DNA from: Syntrophorhabdaceae bacterium
GTDB lineage: Bacteria; Desulfobacterota; Syntrophorhabdia; Syntrophorhabdales; Syntrophorhabdaceae
Length of the DNA: 64,000 nucleotides
NCBI GenBank assembly: GCA_963666485.2
Contig: CAXXUO010000002.1
Location: 384,001 to 448,000 of the forward strand
Direction: 5' to 3'
Of the stretch, positions 9,367 to 19,682 are shown piece by piece. The translations under genes were made by a program, and so were the position numbers. The notes below the pieces were generated by a model. The model was given only the letters and a program-made list of their open reading frames with translations. It made no database searches and was not told the origin of the DNA. Position 1 is the stretch's first letter, and each line of letters begins with the position of its first letter.

Positions 9367-10311
9367 ATGACAGTGATAACCATACTGATACCGGTCTTGA
9401 TTTTCGGCCTCGTGATCTTTGCCGTTATCGGCACGGCGCACTACATCTCGTACAAGAAGGAACGCCAGGACGTTCTCAGGAAGGTCGAGAACAAGGGCCG
9501 GGCCACAGGCCCCGATGCGTCCGGCGTACCGATGGCAGGGATACGAAAGCTCCTCATCGGCGTAACCCGGCGCCTGGGCACCCTGGCGCAGCCGAAAAAG
9601 GAAGCCGAAATATCTCACCTGAGACAGCGCTTCATGCAAGCCGGCCTGTCCAGATTGAAGAATGCCACAATACTATTTTATGGCGCAAAGATCCTGTGTG
9701 CCATTTGTGTACCCGCATGTTTTTTCATTATACAGATGATCTTTTTCCGCAACATGGTCCCGTCCCAGTCCATATTCATAGTGCTGCTTGCCGCCCTTAT
9801 CGGATTCTATATCCCGGTCATCTGGCTCAGGATGAGAATCAACAGCCGCAGGGAACAGATCCTCCTCGGATTCCCGGACGGCCTTGACCTGATGGTCGTA
9901 TGCGCCGAGGCGGGCATGGGCCTTGATTCGGCCATTGTCCGGGTCGGCGAGGAGATCAAGGTGAGGCACAGGGCATTGAGCGAGGAGCTAAAACTCCTCA
10001 CGCTTGAACTGAGGGCCGGGAAGTTAAGGCGCGACGCGTTGAAAAATCTTGCGATGCGCTGTAATTCCGAGGACGTCCAGAGTTTCGCGACGCTCCTTAT
10101 TCAGACCGAAAAATTCGGTACCAACGTTGCACAGGCCATGCGGGTACAGGCGGATTCGATGAGAACGAAAAGGACGCAGAGAGTCGAGGAACTCGCCGCG
10201 TCATTGCCCGTCAAGTTGCTTTTCCCGACGATCCTGTGCATATTCCCGTCGCTTTTTCTCGTTCTCATAGGTCCTGCTTTGATCCAGGCGTTCAGGGTCT
10301 GGAAAGGATAA
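9367..10311 (+). CDS. tadC: TadC (T2SS-F family)
   Basis: FPDGLDLMVVCAEAGMGLDSA, QTEKFGT, KLLFP. Confidence 0.92.
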   Translation: MTVITILIPVLIFGLVIFAVIGTAHYISYKKERQDVLRKVENKGRATGPDASGVPMAGIRKLLIGVTRRLGTLAQPKKEAEISHLRQRFMQAGLSRLKNATILFYGAKILCAICVPACFFIIQMIFFRNMVPSQSIFIVLLAALIGFYIPVIWLRMRINSRREQILLGFPDGLDLMVVCAEAGMGLDSAIVRVGEEIKVRHRALSEELKLLTLELRAGKLRRDALKNLAMRCNSEDVQSFATLLIQTEKFGTNVAQAMRVQADSMRTKRTQRVEELAASLPVKLLFPTILCIFPSLFLVLIGPALIQAFRVWKG

Positions 10312-10330
10312 TACAAACAGGGAGATCTTT

Positions 10331-11311
10331 ATGGACCATACAAACCTGAAATATTTTGCCCGTGCCCTTTTGTGCGGTGTCGTCATGGCGGTACTTGCGA
10401 CCGGGTGTTCGTCGTCGAAAAGCATTTTCAGTTTTTTCAAGTTCCGCGGGCCGGGAGATGAAAAGGCTGCGGATAATGAATCCGCCACGCGGGCATCCGC
10501 TTTCATGGCACAGGTAAAATCGGCCCGGGGGAACCCGGATTCTCATTACAGGCTGGGAGTGCACTACCAGGGCCGGGGGCTCAACCAGGAAGCGATCGAG
10601 GAATTCAGGAAGACGATCGCTATAGACCCGGGTCATGTCTTCGCGTACAACGGGCTTGGTATTGCGTACGACAGCCTGGGGGAAAGGGCCCGGGCGCGCG
10701 ACGCGTATCGCATGGCCCTCGCGATCGCCCCGCATGACCGGCACGCATACAACAACCTCGGCTATTCCTTCATTCTCGAAGGTGACTATACATCGGCTGT
10801 CGCCATACTTCATGAAGGATTAAGCGTTAATGAAAATGACGCACATATGCGAAATAACCTCGCACTGGCATATATGGCACTGGGGGAGACGACGCTGGCA
10901 CGCTCCGAGATTGAAAAGGCTCCCGGCCCCGGCAGGGTAGAAACTGCCCTCGAAAATATCGAGGAAAAACTGGGCCAGATCGAAATGGACAGGGTGCCGC
11001 ACGTCGTGGCACGGGGCAGCATTTCCAGCGAGAACATCGTGCCGGTCCCCGCCACGAACAGGTTTGCGGACAGGATGGCGCGGTCCCTCGCCCGGGCAAA
11101 GAAAGCAAAAGGACGGACCCTTGCAGGCCCTGTCGATCTCAAGCCTCCACGGCTTGACCCCGATTACCTGATGGTTGTAAAAAGAGACGTTGGCGCCCAA
11201 CCGGTAACATCCGCCGGTCCGGACAATCCTGTCCGCCAGATCATGAAAACGAAAAATACCGGAGATGCCGACATTATCGACTCTCTTGCAAGGAGACAGA
11301 TATGGTTCTGA
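10331..11311 (+). CDS. TPR lipoprotein (TadD-like)
   Basis: Lipobox LATGC; TPR motifs AYNGLGIAY, AYNNLGY, NNLALAY. Confidence 0.82.
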   Translation: MDHTNLKYFARALLCGVVMAVLATGCSSSKSIFSFFKFRGPGDEKAADNESATRASAFMAQVKSARGNPDSHYRLGVHYQGRGLNQEAIEEFRKTIAIDPGHVFAYNGLGIAYDSLGERARARDAYRMALAIAPHDRHAYNNLGYSFILEGDYTSAVAILHEGLSVNENDAHMRNNLALAYMALGETTLARSEIEKAPGPGRVETALENIEEKLGQIEMDRVPHVVARGSISSENIVPVPATNRFADRMARSLARAKKAKGRTLAGPVDLKPPRLDPDYLMVVKRDVGAQPVTSAGPDNPVRQIMKTKNTGDADIIDSLARRQIWF

Positions 11312-12279
11312 TACGCCGCCTTGACGCACTAAAGATACTCATCGACACCGTATTGCTTACGGCGCTATTCTGCCTGCTCGCATGCGTTTCCGGGTGCGGG
11401 ACGACCCGGGAGACTGCGCTTGACAGGCAGTACCAGCGCATTGTCGAACAGCAGCAGGCAAAACGCAACGCCGATGCGGACGATCTTGAAGCAAAGATGC
11501 CTGATCTGAACAATCCGGCGGCATTTGAACGGATGGGAGACGCCTATCTCAAGACAGGCAACGTGGCTATGGCCTGCATCGAATACGGCAAGGCCGTGCA
11601 ATTAAGACCGGATGACCTGCTGCTCAGGCACAAGATAGGGCGGTGCATGCTGAAACAAAAAATGTGGGCCCGGGCACTCGAGCAATTCGACTTCATCCTC
11701 GTGAGGACGCCGGGAAATTCGGACGCTCTGCAGGGCCGGGCAGCGGCCTATATACACCTTGGACGCCCTGAAGAGGCCGAAGCGGTCCTGAAATCGGTCG
11801 TTCAGGGTAATTCGGCGATGTGGCAGGCTCACGCGCTCCTCGGAATGGTTTACGAAACACAAAAGCGGTACCTTTTTGCGACCGAAGCTTACGAAAAAGC
11901 GATAGCGATCAATCCGAGGTCGGGAGAACTGTACGACAGGCTCGGAAGGTCGCTCTACAAAGCGGCCCGCTACCGGGAATCTGCCGAGGCGTTGCTCAAG
12001 GCAATAAAATTAAACCCGTCCGACGCCACGGTCTATGATCATCTCGGTTTTGCCCTTTTCAAGGCGGGGCTCGAATCTGAAGCGCTCGATGCATTCAGGA
12101 AAAGCGGCGACGAAGCAGCCGCCTGCAACAATATGGGGACCTTGTACCTGGAGAAAAGCGATTACGCGAGATCGATCGACTATTTCTCCAAGGCCATCGA
12201 TCTGAAGCCAAGCTATTACGAGGCAGCGCACAGGGGACTCAAAAAAGCGCAGGCGATGAAAATAGGCGATAGGCGATAG
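11302..12279 (+). CDS. TPR lipoprotein
   Basis: Lipobox VSGC; multiple TPR repeats. Confidence 0.82.
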   Translation: MVLIRRLDALKILIDTVLLTALFCLLACVSGCGTTRETALDRQYQRIVEQQQAKRNADADDLEAKMPDLNNPAAFERMGDAYLKTGNVAMACIEYGKAVQLRPDDLLLRHKIGRCMLKQKMWARALEQFDFILVRTPGNSDALQGRAAAYIHLGRPEEAEAVLKSVVQGNSAMWQAHALLGMVYETQKRYLFATEAYEKAIAINPRSGELYDRLGRSLYKAARYRESAEALLKAIKLNPSDATVYDHLGFALFKAGLESEALDAFRKSGDEAAACNNMGTLYLEKSDYARSIDYFSKAIDLKPSYYEAAHRGLKKAQAMKIGDRR

Positions 12280-12363
12280 GCGATGGGTAATAGGCGATGG
12301 GTGGTCGGGTAAGATTTCCTGACCGGTCAAATTCCCATTGCCCATTGCCTATCGCCCATTACC
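12262..12363. repeat. Inverted pair of heptamer tracts (ATAGGCG/ATGGGTA versus CCCATTG/CCTATCG) forming a hairpin at the end of the tad operon
   Basis: 7-nt periodicity read directly; first tract contains the TAG of the TPR gene. Confidence 0.85.
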
Positions 12364-12426
12364 TGCATTTTTATTGTTTTTTCCCGGGCCATCGTATAGA
12401 ATTCATTAAAAAATCACGAGGGTCCC

Positions 12427-12765
12427 ATGGAAATAGCCAGCCGCAAGGAAAAAGACATAACGATCGTGTCGGTTTCGGGCAGGATCGATGCGATCACCGC
12501 GCCGGAATTTGAAAGTAATCTCGACGGGCTGATCACTGCGGGCGAAAAAATACTCATTATCGACCTTGCAGGGCTCGGCTATATCAGCAGCGCCGGCTTG
12601 AGAAGCATACTTTCGTCAGCGAAAAAACTCAAAGCGCAGTCCGGCGAGATACTTTTTACCGGGCTTGCGGGACCTGTCGACGAAGTCTTCCAGATATCGG
12701 GGTTCAAATCGATATTCAAAATATTCCCGTCCGAATCAGACGCTCTTGCGGCCTTTCAGGGATGA
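12427..12765 (+). CDS. STAS-domain anti-sigma factor antagonist
   Basis: GRIDA, DLAGLGYISSAGLR phosphoserine motif, VFQISGF. Confidence 0.92.
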   Translation: MEIASRKEKDITIVSVSGRIDAITAPEFESNLDGLITAGEKILIIDLAGLGYISSAGLRSILSSAKKLKAQSGEILFTGLAGPVDEVFQISGFKSIFKIFPSESDALAAFQG

Positions 12766-13187
12766 GCGAACAAGAACGCCAGCTTTGTCATATTGAGCTT
12801 CCAGCACAGCTCAAGTCGTTGCCCCTTTTCATGGAGAAGGTGATCCAATATGCCGGCGGGATCGGCATAGGCGAACACAAGCTTGGCGCCATGGAACTGG
12901 CGCTGGAAGAGGCCATTGTCAATATCGTCAAGTATTCATCCCATGCCCCTGACAGCATTATAACCGTGGAGTGCGGGTTTAAGAACCCGGGAGAGTTCAC
13001 GATCGATATCATCGACGACGGCCCTGAATTCAACCCGCTCAACAGGGATGCGCCGGATACCGAAGCAGATATAAATGACCGCCCCATCGGCGGCCTCGGA
13101 ATATTCTTCATCAAGGAAATGACAGACGGCGTCTCCTACACCCGTAAAGACAACAAAAACGTACTCACCATAGTAATGAAAAAATAA
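12762..13187 (+). CDS. RsbW-like anti-sigma factor / Ser kinase (HATPase_c_2)
   Basis: LALEEAIVNIVKY, DDGPEFNP, RPIGGLGIF. Confidence 0.92.
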   Translation: MSEQERQLCHIELPAQLKSLPLFMEKVIQYAGGIGIGEHKLGAMELALEEAIVNIVKYSSHAPDSIITVECGFKNPGEFTIDIIDDGPEFNPLNRDAPDTEADINDRPIGGLGIFFIKEMTDGVSYTRKDNKNVLTIVMKK

Positions 13188-13224
13188 TCAATTAAACCGT
13201 AAAAGCAGGTAGTACGATCTGAGG

Positions 13225-13262
13225 AAAAACCTTGGATCCCGGTGTCAAGCACCGGGATGACG
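13225..13262 (-). repeat. REP family A (CGTCATCCCGGTGCTTGACACCGGGATCCAAGGTTTTT), terminator-like
   Basis: Stem ATCCCGGTG/CACCGGGAT; near-identical copies at 17506, 40483 and 61497. Confidence 0.9.
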
Positions 13263-13277
13263 AGAATGTCGCCTTTT

Positions 13278-13392
13278 ACGTGGAACGTGGAACGTGGAAC
13301 CTTTTTTACGCCTTACGCCTTACGCCTTTCGCCTTTCGCCTTTCGCCTTTCGCCGTTAGCCGTTAGCCGTTAGCCGTTAGCCGTTAGCCGTT
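13278..13392. repeat. Graded heptamer tract: CGTGGAA, CCTTACG, CCTTTCG, CCGTTAG units
   Basis: Read directly; abuts stop codon of the minus-strand gene. Confidence 0.95.
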
Positions 13393-14378
13393 TATATCTC
13401 TATCTCCTGCCCGTCATAAGCAAGATCGATCTTGAGAGGATGCGGCTGCCGGTTATTGTAGATGTTCAGATAATTCTTCGTATCTTCGAGCAGCGTACCG
13501 AGCTTCTCATCACTGTAGGTCGGCTCGTTGTGAAAAAGACAGAGACGCTTGACATTCGCTTTGACCGCCAGCTCGACTGCAGCGACGTAGCAGGAATGTC
13601 CCCAATCCTCTTTCGACTGCACCGCATCGTTCCAATCGTACTGGGCGTCGAATATGAGCAGGTCGGCATCTTTAAAGAAATCGAGAAACGGATAATTACT
13701 GTCGCGGGCGGGGCTGTCGAAACTGGTCTTGTGTTCCGCATCCGAGGAATAAACGACGCTTTTGCCGTCCTTTTCAAAACGAAATCCGTACGATGTGCCG
13801 GGGTGCTTCTGCTCGATCCCCGATACAGTGAAACCGCCTATTGCCGTTGGCTTGTCCGGATCGAGCCTCACGAATTGAATATCCGCACTCATTGCCGCAA
13901 GAGGAACGGGGAAATAGGGCTCATTCTGCTGTTTTGTAAAATGCTCTTCTATCTGCTCCTGGTATCCGTATATCTTCACCCGGTTGCCCGGTACATAGGC
14001 GGGCGTAAAGAACGGGAACCCCTGGATATGGTCCCAATGAAAATGCGAGATAAAAATATGGAATGTCGAACCTGTTTTCGGATAGAGCCCTCGCTCGACC
14101 AGTTTCATGTGATGGTTGCCGAGATCGCGCAGGCCGGTGCCGGCATCGCAGATAATATATTCGTCGCCATCCTTCAACTCGATGCATGCCGTATTGCTGC
14201 CGTATGTGCTGCTGATCGTAAAAGGAAGTTCCGTATCCACGAAACGTTCGATATCGGCCTCGTCCGCGAAGGTACGCACCCGGGCCGTTTCAAGCGCCCG
14301 CACTATCTTGCTGCGGATAGTCTCGGCTGTTATGGACGCCGGAAGTGATCCCCGGGTTCCCCAGAAATAAACACGCAT
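13392..14378 (-). CDS. MBL-fold metallo-hydrolase (phosphodiesterase-like)
   Basis: FWGTRGS, YGSNTACIE, DAGTG, SHFHWDHIQGFPFF, DAQY, WGHS. Confidence 0.9.
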   Translation of the reverse strand: MRVYFWGTRGSLPASITAETIRSKIVRALETARVRTFADEADIERFVDTELPFTISSTYGSNTACIELKDGDEYIICDAGTGLRDLGNHHMKLVERGLYPKTGSTFHIFISHFHWDHIQGFPFFTPAYVPGNRVKIYGYQEQIEEHFTKQQNEPYFPVPLAAMSADIQFVRLDPDKPTAIGGFTVSGIEQKHPGTSYGFRFEKDGKSVVYSSDAEHKTSFDSPARDSNYPFLDFFKDADLLIFDAQYDWNDAVQSKEDWGHSCYVAAVELAVKANVKRLCLFHNEPTYSDEKLGTLLEDTKNYLNIYNNRQPHPLKIDLAYDGQEIEI

Positions 14379-14529
14379 GCGAATCCTCTTATCCCGATAA
14401 TTTCTAGCTATTTTATCTTCTTGCGCGCAAAATGCAAGAATTTTAATATTGTACCGTCAAAAAACACAGGAAAGACATGATAAAAATCACAAAAAAGATA
14501 AGCAAACGAACATCGTAATAAATCGTTAT

Positions 14530-16461
14530 TTAAATATTCCCGTTATATCGCAGGGCCATCATGGTTATATCATCATACTGGGGGGTCTCCTGGCAGAAGT
14601 CATTCACGGCGTCCGTGACGCATTCGACTATCTCCGTAGCTGATCTCTCAGTACACCGGGAAAGGACGTCAAGCAGCCTGTCGTTGGAAAATATCTCATC
14701 CGCTGCATTCATGGCTTCTGTCACCCCGTCCGTGTACAGGAACAGCCTGTCGCCCGCATCGAGGAACACCTGCCGGGATGAGTACGGAGAACCCTCCATG
14801 ATCCCTACGACAAGGTCTCCGGAACAATCGAGATACTGCACGTCGCCGCCCTTTCTCATAATGACAGGCGGATTGTGCCCCCCGTTCGTATACCGCACTT
14901 CACCCGTTTGCGTGTTGAGGATCGCGCAGAAGACGGTTATGAACATGTCCGCGGGATTGCCTCTGCTCAATTCGTCGTTAACCTCCTGCATGAGCACACC
15001 CGTGTCCAGGTCTGCCGCAGCCTTGGCCTTGATCAGGGTCTTTGTAAAAGCCATGAAGAGTGCGGCGGGTATCCCTTTGCCGGATGCGTCGCCGATAACG
15101 AAACACAGGTGATCTTGGTCGACGAGGAAAAGATCGTAGAAATCGCCGCCGACCTCGCGCGCCGGTATGGTCTGGGCATAGATGTCAAAATCCGTCCTGT
15201 CCGGAAAAGGAGGGAATACCTTGGGAAGGATCCCCATCTGTATGTTCCGCGCTATCTTCAACTCGCTTTCCATGCGCTGGCGGGAAGCCGCGGTATCCGC
15301 TATTTCGTGGATATAATCCTTGAGCGATCTCTTCATGCAGTCGAGCGCAAGGGCGAGCCGTCCGACCTCGTCGCGCGTTTTCACCTCCGGGACCTGGGTC
15401 TCGAGATCACCCGTCCCGATCCGCCCCGCAATATCTGCCATAATGGTAAGGGGTTTCGTGATCGAGCGGGCGATAAACACAACAGCCAGGGCGAGGAGCG
15501 CAAGGCCCGTAATGCCGAGCGCGAGGACCACGTGGTTCAGGTTCGTTATGTCCGACATGAGTTCATCATAGGGGAAGAGGACCCCGAGAGACCAGCCGTT
15601 CGATTTGATCGGGACATACGTCATTATGCACGATTTCCCGGTAACGGCACTTTTAACCGAATGGCCCGAAAACCCGGCCTGCCCCCTGATCATTTTTCGC
15701 CCGGTTTCCCGAAGCGACGGATCGTTCCTCTCCTCGGCGACCGAGAAGATGGTCTCGTTCATGATGTATTCCTTGATCGGATGTGTCACGAACGTCCCGT
15801 TTTTTGAAATAAGGAAACCGTAGCCCGATTGGAGGATCTTGATCGATGACACAATGTCCCTCAAATGTTCCAGGGAGATGTCCACGATAACGATCCCGGT
15901 CAATTTACGCTGGCCGTCGACACTCTTGTAGAAGGGGACCGCGTAAGAGGACATAAGGATCCCTCCGCCCTCCCCGAAATACGGCTCGGTCCACTGGGGC
16001 GCCTCGAGTTCCCGGGGGATCTGGTACCAGTCCCACGTAAAGTAATCGTAGAACTTATCGAGATACTTAAAACTGATCCCCCCGTTGACCTTATAAAAAT
16101 AGGGGGCATAATACTTCTTCTTTTTATCAAAGGCGTACGGTTCGAAGGCGACCGCGGCACCGTATATTTCCGGGTTGCGCTCTACGATCGCGTACAGGAC
16201 CTTGAAAAGTTCGGACTCGTCATAGTTCATATTTTCGAGCAGGTATGCCGCGTTCTGAGGAACTTTCTGGGTCGAGGTCAGAAGCACCTCGATCCTGCTC
16301 GTTGTCGTGGTTATGAGGTTTGCGGAATTCTCCTCGATGCCCTTCTGGATCATGCGGCGCGACACAAGGTAATTGTAGCTGAAGATAGCCGCAAATATAG
16401 CCGCGCTGCTCAACGTAAAGAAGATAACAAGTTTGAATGCTATACCCTTATTTTTGAACAT
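14530..16461 (-). CDS. Cache-HAMP-SpoIIE (PP2C-type) sensor phosphatase
   Basis: Two TM segments flanking Cache domain (WYQIP, WTEPYF), HAMP (RDEVGRLA), VGGDFYD, GDASGKG, NGGHNPP, LYTDGVTEA, DDIT. Confidence 0.93.
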   Translation of the reverse strand: MFKNKGIAFKLVIFFTLSSAAIFAAIFSYNYLVSRRMIQKGIEENSANLITTTTSRIEVLLTSTQKVPQNAAYLLENMNYDESELFKVLYAIVERNPEIYGAAVAFEPYAFDKKKKYYAPYFYKVNGGISFKYLDKFYDYFTWDWYQIPRELEAPQWTEPYFGEGGGILMSSYAVPFYKSVDGQRKLTGIVIVDISLEHLRDIVSSIKILQSGYGFLISKNGTFVTHPIKEYIMNETIFSVAEERNDPSLRETGRKMIRGQAGFSGHSVKSAVTGKSCIMTYVPIKSNGWSLGVLFPYDELMSDITNLNHVVLALGITGLALLALAVVFIARSITKPLTIMADIAGRIGTGDLETQVPEVKTRDEVGRLALALDCMKRSLKDYIHEIADTAASRQRMESELKIARNIQMGILPKVFPPFPDRTDFDIYAQTIPAREVGGDFYDLFLVDQDHLCFVIGDASGKGIPAALFMAFTKTLIKAKAAADLDTGVLMQEVNDELSRGNPADMFITVFCAILNTQTGEVRYTNGGHNPPVIMRKGGDVQYLDCSGDLVVGIMEGSPYSSRQVFLDAGDRLFLYTDGVTEAMNAADEIFSNDRLLDVLSRCTERSATEIVECVTDAVNDFCQETPQYDDITMMALRYNGNI

Positions 16462-17482
16462 TTCCCGCACACCGAAAGACAAACGAATTTATGTCCGGAA
16501 TATCGCTGATAAGCCCGGCCTCCTTCAATTCCCTGCTGACCCTCTCGTAATCGGCCGCGCGCAGGGTCCCGGGCACTGCCCCGTCTTTATCCGAAGGATA
16601 GATTATATCTTTCATCCTCGCGAGCATCCATTTCTGGTGAACCTTATTAGCCGGTATGTTGGCGGCCACCATGTTTTTCAGGATAATACCCACAGCCTCG
16701 TCCGGATGATCGAACGCGTATTTCCACCCTTCCAGGGAGGCTTTTACAAAAGCGCATACCGCTTCCGGATCTTTTTTCAATGTATCTTCCATGACGTACA
16801 GGCCGTCCTCGGGAAAATTGAGCCCGTGGTCGCTGTAGAAGAAGGTGGTAATTTCATCAGTGTTCATTCCGGAATTCAGGATCGTGTGGTACTCGTTGTA
16901 CCACATCGCAGATGCCGCATCGACGCCATCCCTCAAAAAAAGGTTCACCGAATAGGATTGCGGTACGATCGAAACGGCAAGCTGGTATTTTTTGAAAAAA
17001 GCCTCGGGCTGGATCCGGAAATCAGCACCCCATAACCCTATCTTTTTACCCTTCAAGTCTTCCGGCTTCCTGATGCCCCGGGATTTTTTTGCGATAAGCA
17101 TAAGTGACGAGCGCTGAACTATCTGCCCGACATTGACGAGCTTGACCTTATGCGACCTTTTTTGAATTGCTGTCGACAGCCAGATGCACGCAATGTCCGT
17201 GTCACCCTTGTCAAGCCCTTCCGATGAGGGTTTATGCGCCCCGCCCTGGATTATCCTGACATCAAGGCCGTGTTTCTTGTAGATCCCCTTCTCATACGCA
17301 ACATAATAGCCCGCGAACTGGGACTGGGGACCCCACTGGGGAAGGAATGAGATAGTTTTGAGGTCTGCCCCGGCACAGGCAGCAGCAGTGGATAAAATAA
17401 TAAGGCATATAAGCAATGCAGTAAAATATGCCCGTTTTACCGGGGTCCGGATAGACCTATTTTGTTCTATGTGATGTCCCAA
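16448..17482 (-). CDS. NMT1/THI5-like substrate-binding protein
   Basis: QWGPQSQFAGYYVAYEKGIYKKHGLDV; signal peptide; start placed at TTG 17482 (uncertain) because the upstream ORF extension is translated REP. Confidence 0.82.
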   Translation of the reverse strand: MGHHIEQNRSIRTPVKRAYFTALLICLIILSTAAACAGADLKTISFLPQWGPQSQFAGYYVAYEKGIYKKHGLDVRIIQGGAHKPSSEGLDKGDTDIACIWLSTAIQKRSHKVKLVNVGQIVQRSSLMLIAKKSRGIRKPEDLKGKKIGLWGADFRIQPEAFFKKYQLAVSIVPQSYSVNLFLRDGVDAASAMWYNEYHTILNSGMNTDEITTFFYSDHGLNFPEDGLYVMEDTLKKDPEAVCAFVKASLEGWKYAFDHPDEAVGIILKNMVAANIPANKVHQKWMLARMKDIIYPSDKDGAVPGTLRAADYERVSRELKEAGLISDIPDINSFVFRCAGNVQK

Positions 17483-17505
17483 CCGAATTGCCCCACCCCT
17501 ATGAG

Positions 17506-17595
17506 AAAAACCTTGGATCCCGGTGTCAAGCACCGGGATGACGGTCATGTAGTCTTGGACCCCGGTGTCAAGCACCGCGATGGCGACCATGTACT
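17506..17595 (-). repeat. Two tandem REP-A copies (42-bp unit; second copy degenerate)
   Basis: 17512-17553 and 17554-17595 align as a direct repeat. Confidence 0.9.
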
Positions 17596-17610
17596 CTTTT
17601 GCGGTTCACA

Positions 17611-17718
17611 GCCTCTTGCCTTTAGCCTTTAGCCTTTAGCCTTTAGCCTTTAGCCTTTAGCCTTTAGCCTTTAGCCGTTCGCCTTTAGCCTTTAGCCGTT
17701 AGCCGTTCGCCGTCCGCC
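17611..17718. repeat. Heptamer tract (GCCTTTA)n with GCCGTTC/GCCGTTA variants
   Basis: Read directly. Confidence 0.95.
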
Positions 17719-17722
17719 CCCC

Positions 17723-18448
17723 CTACATCAGATACGGTTCCCACATCTTCGTGGTTTTCCGGATATAGTCCCCGGGCACGCCTTTCATGATCTGGTTATG
17801 TCCGGGCAGGAGGATGTCCACGTCCAATTTTGCCAGGTTGTTGAGGGAAGCTTTCAGCTGTGACGCATCCGCACCGTAGAGGTCGAAACGACCGATGGCG
17901 TAATCGGCATACACCACGTCCCCGGGGATAAGGATCTTGGCGACCGGTTCATACAGGGCGATCCCACCCATTGAATGACCGGGGATGAAGACGACATCCC
18001 ATATCATTCCGCCGATCTCGAGCGTCTCTCCTCCCTCCAGTTTCCGATCGACCTTGAACTTAAAGGCATTGACATCGATGCCGAACTGCATCTGGCACAT
18101 GCTCTTGAACATCTCCATGCCGTAGACGGCCCTGTCGTCTCCCTTTTCCAGCAGGTCCGCCTCAAGCCTGTGCACCCATAGCTCCGCGCCCGGAAAATTC
18201 TCCATAAGTTCAGCGAGACACCCGATATGATCAAGGTGGGTATGGGTCATGATGATCCTCTTGATATCTTCCGGCCGAATCCCGAGCTGACGTATTGCGT
18301 TTGCCTTGTAGCCCCCTTTCCCGGTGAGCCCGGCATCGACAATAGAAAAGTCCCCGGATTCCGGGTTGCCGAGAACGTACACATGGGAATCGGGGATAAA
18401 CTCATCCTGGCCGGGGATAAACTGGACACCTTTATAAACCTGCGGCAT
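17723..18448 (-). CDS. MBL-fold metallo-hydrolase (glyoxalase II-like)
   Basis: THTHLDHIG, PGHS, GD, PGH. Confidence 0.9.
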   Translation of the reverse strand: MPQVYKGVQFIPGQDEFIPDSHVYVLGNPESGDFSIVDAGLTGKGGYKANAIRQLGIRPEDIKRIIMTHTHLDHIGCLAELMENFPGAELWVHRLEADLLEKGDDRAVYGMEMFKSMCQMQFGIDVNAFKFKVDRKLEGGETLEIGGMIWDVVFIPGHSMGGIALYEPVAKILIPGDVVYADYAIGRFDLYGADASQLKASLNNLAKLDVDILLPGHNQIMKGVPGDYIRKTTKMWEPYLM

Positions 18449-18646
18449 GTGGGACTCCTTTGCTTTATTCTTCTTTCTTCTCGACCGCTTTTGGAGGCGT
18501 ATGACACATATTAGATAAGTGGGTGTGCATTGTCAAGGAAGTTCGCCCGCGCCCGGAAGCCGCACACACACGGCATATTTTACGGGGCGGGCACACAGGT
18601 GAATGTGGTAAAATTATGTATCGAACCCTCTTGGAAAGGAGATACC

Positions 18647-19414
18647 ATGAATAAGGATTTAAAAGAGAAATTCCTGAAATGCTGGGAAAGGCATTTTCCC
18701 GGTGCATCATTGCCGATAGTCTTCTTTTACAGCACCGGCGAGAGAGGAGCGACCCGGGTTAAAGGCCCAAAGGATCCCATGGAACACCGGTGCATCATCG
18801 CGGATATCGCGCGTGCGGCAAAAGGGCGTTCCCTCGCCTTTGATGTGGGATCGATCGGATGCGCGGGCGGAAAGAGGTACCTCGGCTTCAGCGAGGTCCT
18901 TCGACCCAATTTTGAATACTTCCTTTCCTACGGCATCCCCGGGGAAATGGAAGGCGAGAGGTACAAGAAGTCACCGGAGCTCGTAACCGAGGTCATGAAG
19001 GCCTCGCCAAAATTTGAAGCCCCCGCTCCCTTCATAATATTCAAACCATGGAATGAGGTCGAAGAACATGACGACCCGGAAGGCGTCATCTTCTTCGGCA
19101 CGCCCGACGTGATCTCGGGGCTTTTTACCCTTGCAAACTATGACGAGGGTGAACCGAATGCCGTATTTTCCCCCTTTGGCGCAGGATGTGCGACCATCAT
19201 CACGTACCCGTACCTTGAAAAAAGGTCCTCGAGGCCGCGATGTGTCCTCGGCATGTTCGATATCTCGGCACGTTCATGCGTCAGTGCCGGCACATTGACC
19301 TTTGCCGCCCCCTTCAACAAATTCGTCCGGATGGTCGACAACATGGACGAAAGCTTCCTCACGACGGAAAGCTGGAAGATGGTCAAGCGGCGCCTTGCGC
19401 CGCGTAAGGGGTGA
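18647..19414 (+). CDS. DUF169-like protein
   Basis: CAGGKRYLGF, EGERYKKSPE, SPFGAGC, GMFDISAR; ATG after AAGGAG. Confidence 0.75.
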   Translation: MNKDLKEKFLKCWERHFPGASLPIVFFYSTGERGATRVKGPKDPMEHRCIIADIARAAKGRSLAFDVGSIGCAGGKRYLGFSEVLRPNFEYFLSYGIPGEMEGERYKKSPELVTEVMKASPKFEAPAPFIIFKPWNEVEEHDDPEGVIFFGTPDVISGLFTLANYDEGEPNAVFSPFGAGCATIITYPYLEKRSSRPRCVLGMFDISARSCVSAGTLTFAAPFNKFVRMVDNMDESFLTTESWKMVKRRLAPRKG

Positions 19415-19507
19415 GAGCGTAAGAGCGTGAGAGCGTTCGAAACGAGAACTTCATAACCTCGCCTCACCATCCTGTGGAGAGCTTATGTGAGACAATCCCC
19501 TTAAGTC

Positions 19508-19633
19508 CGTCACCCCGGCGAAGGCCGGGGTCCAGGGACTCCAGAAAAACGGTTTCATGTTTCAAATTTCAGACCGAAGTATTCTCCCGAAAAAGAGAAA
19601 AGACACTGGATTCCGGCCTTCGCCGGAATGACG
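19508..19633. repeat. Inverted REP doublet (family B, CGTC-tagged)
   Basis: CGTCACCCCGGCGAAGGCCGGGGTCCAG ... CTGGATTCCGGCCTTCGCCGGAATGACG. Confidence 0.85.
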
Positions 19634-19682
19634 CGTAAAAAAAAGCCTTTTGCCTTTCGCCGTAAGTGACGAGTGTGTTTTA

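Noticed and set aside
17483..17590. N-terminal extension of the SBP (AVLDTGVQ...VIPVLDTGIQ); ORF 40311-40526
   Set aside because: Translation of REP-A copies, not evidence of a coding repeat.
13225..17595. REP-A or heptamer arrays as CRISPR
   Set aside because: No regularly spaced repeats with unique spacers; no cas genes.
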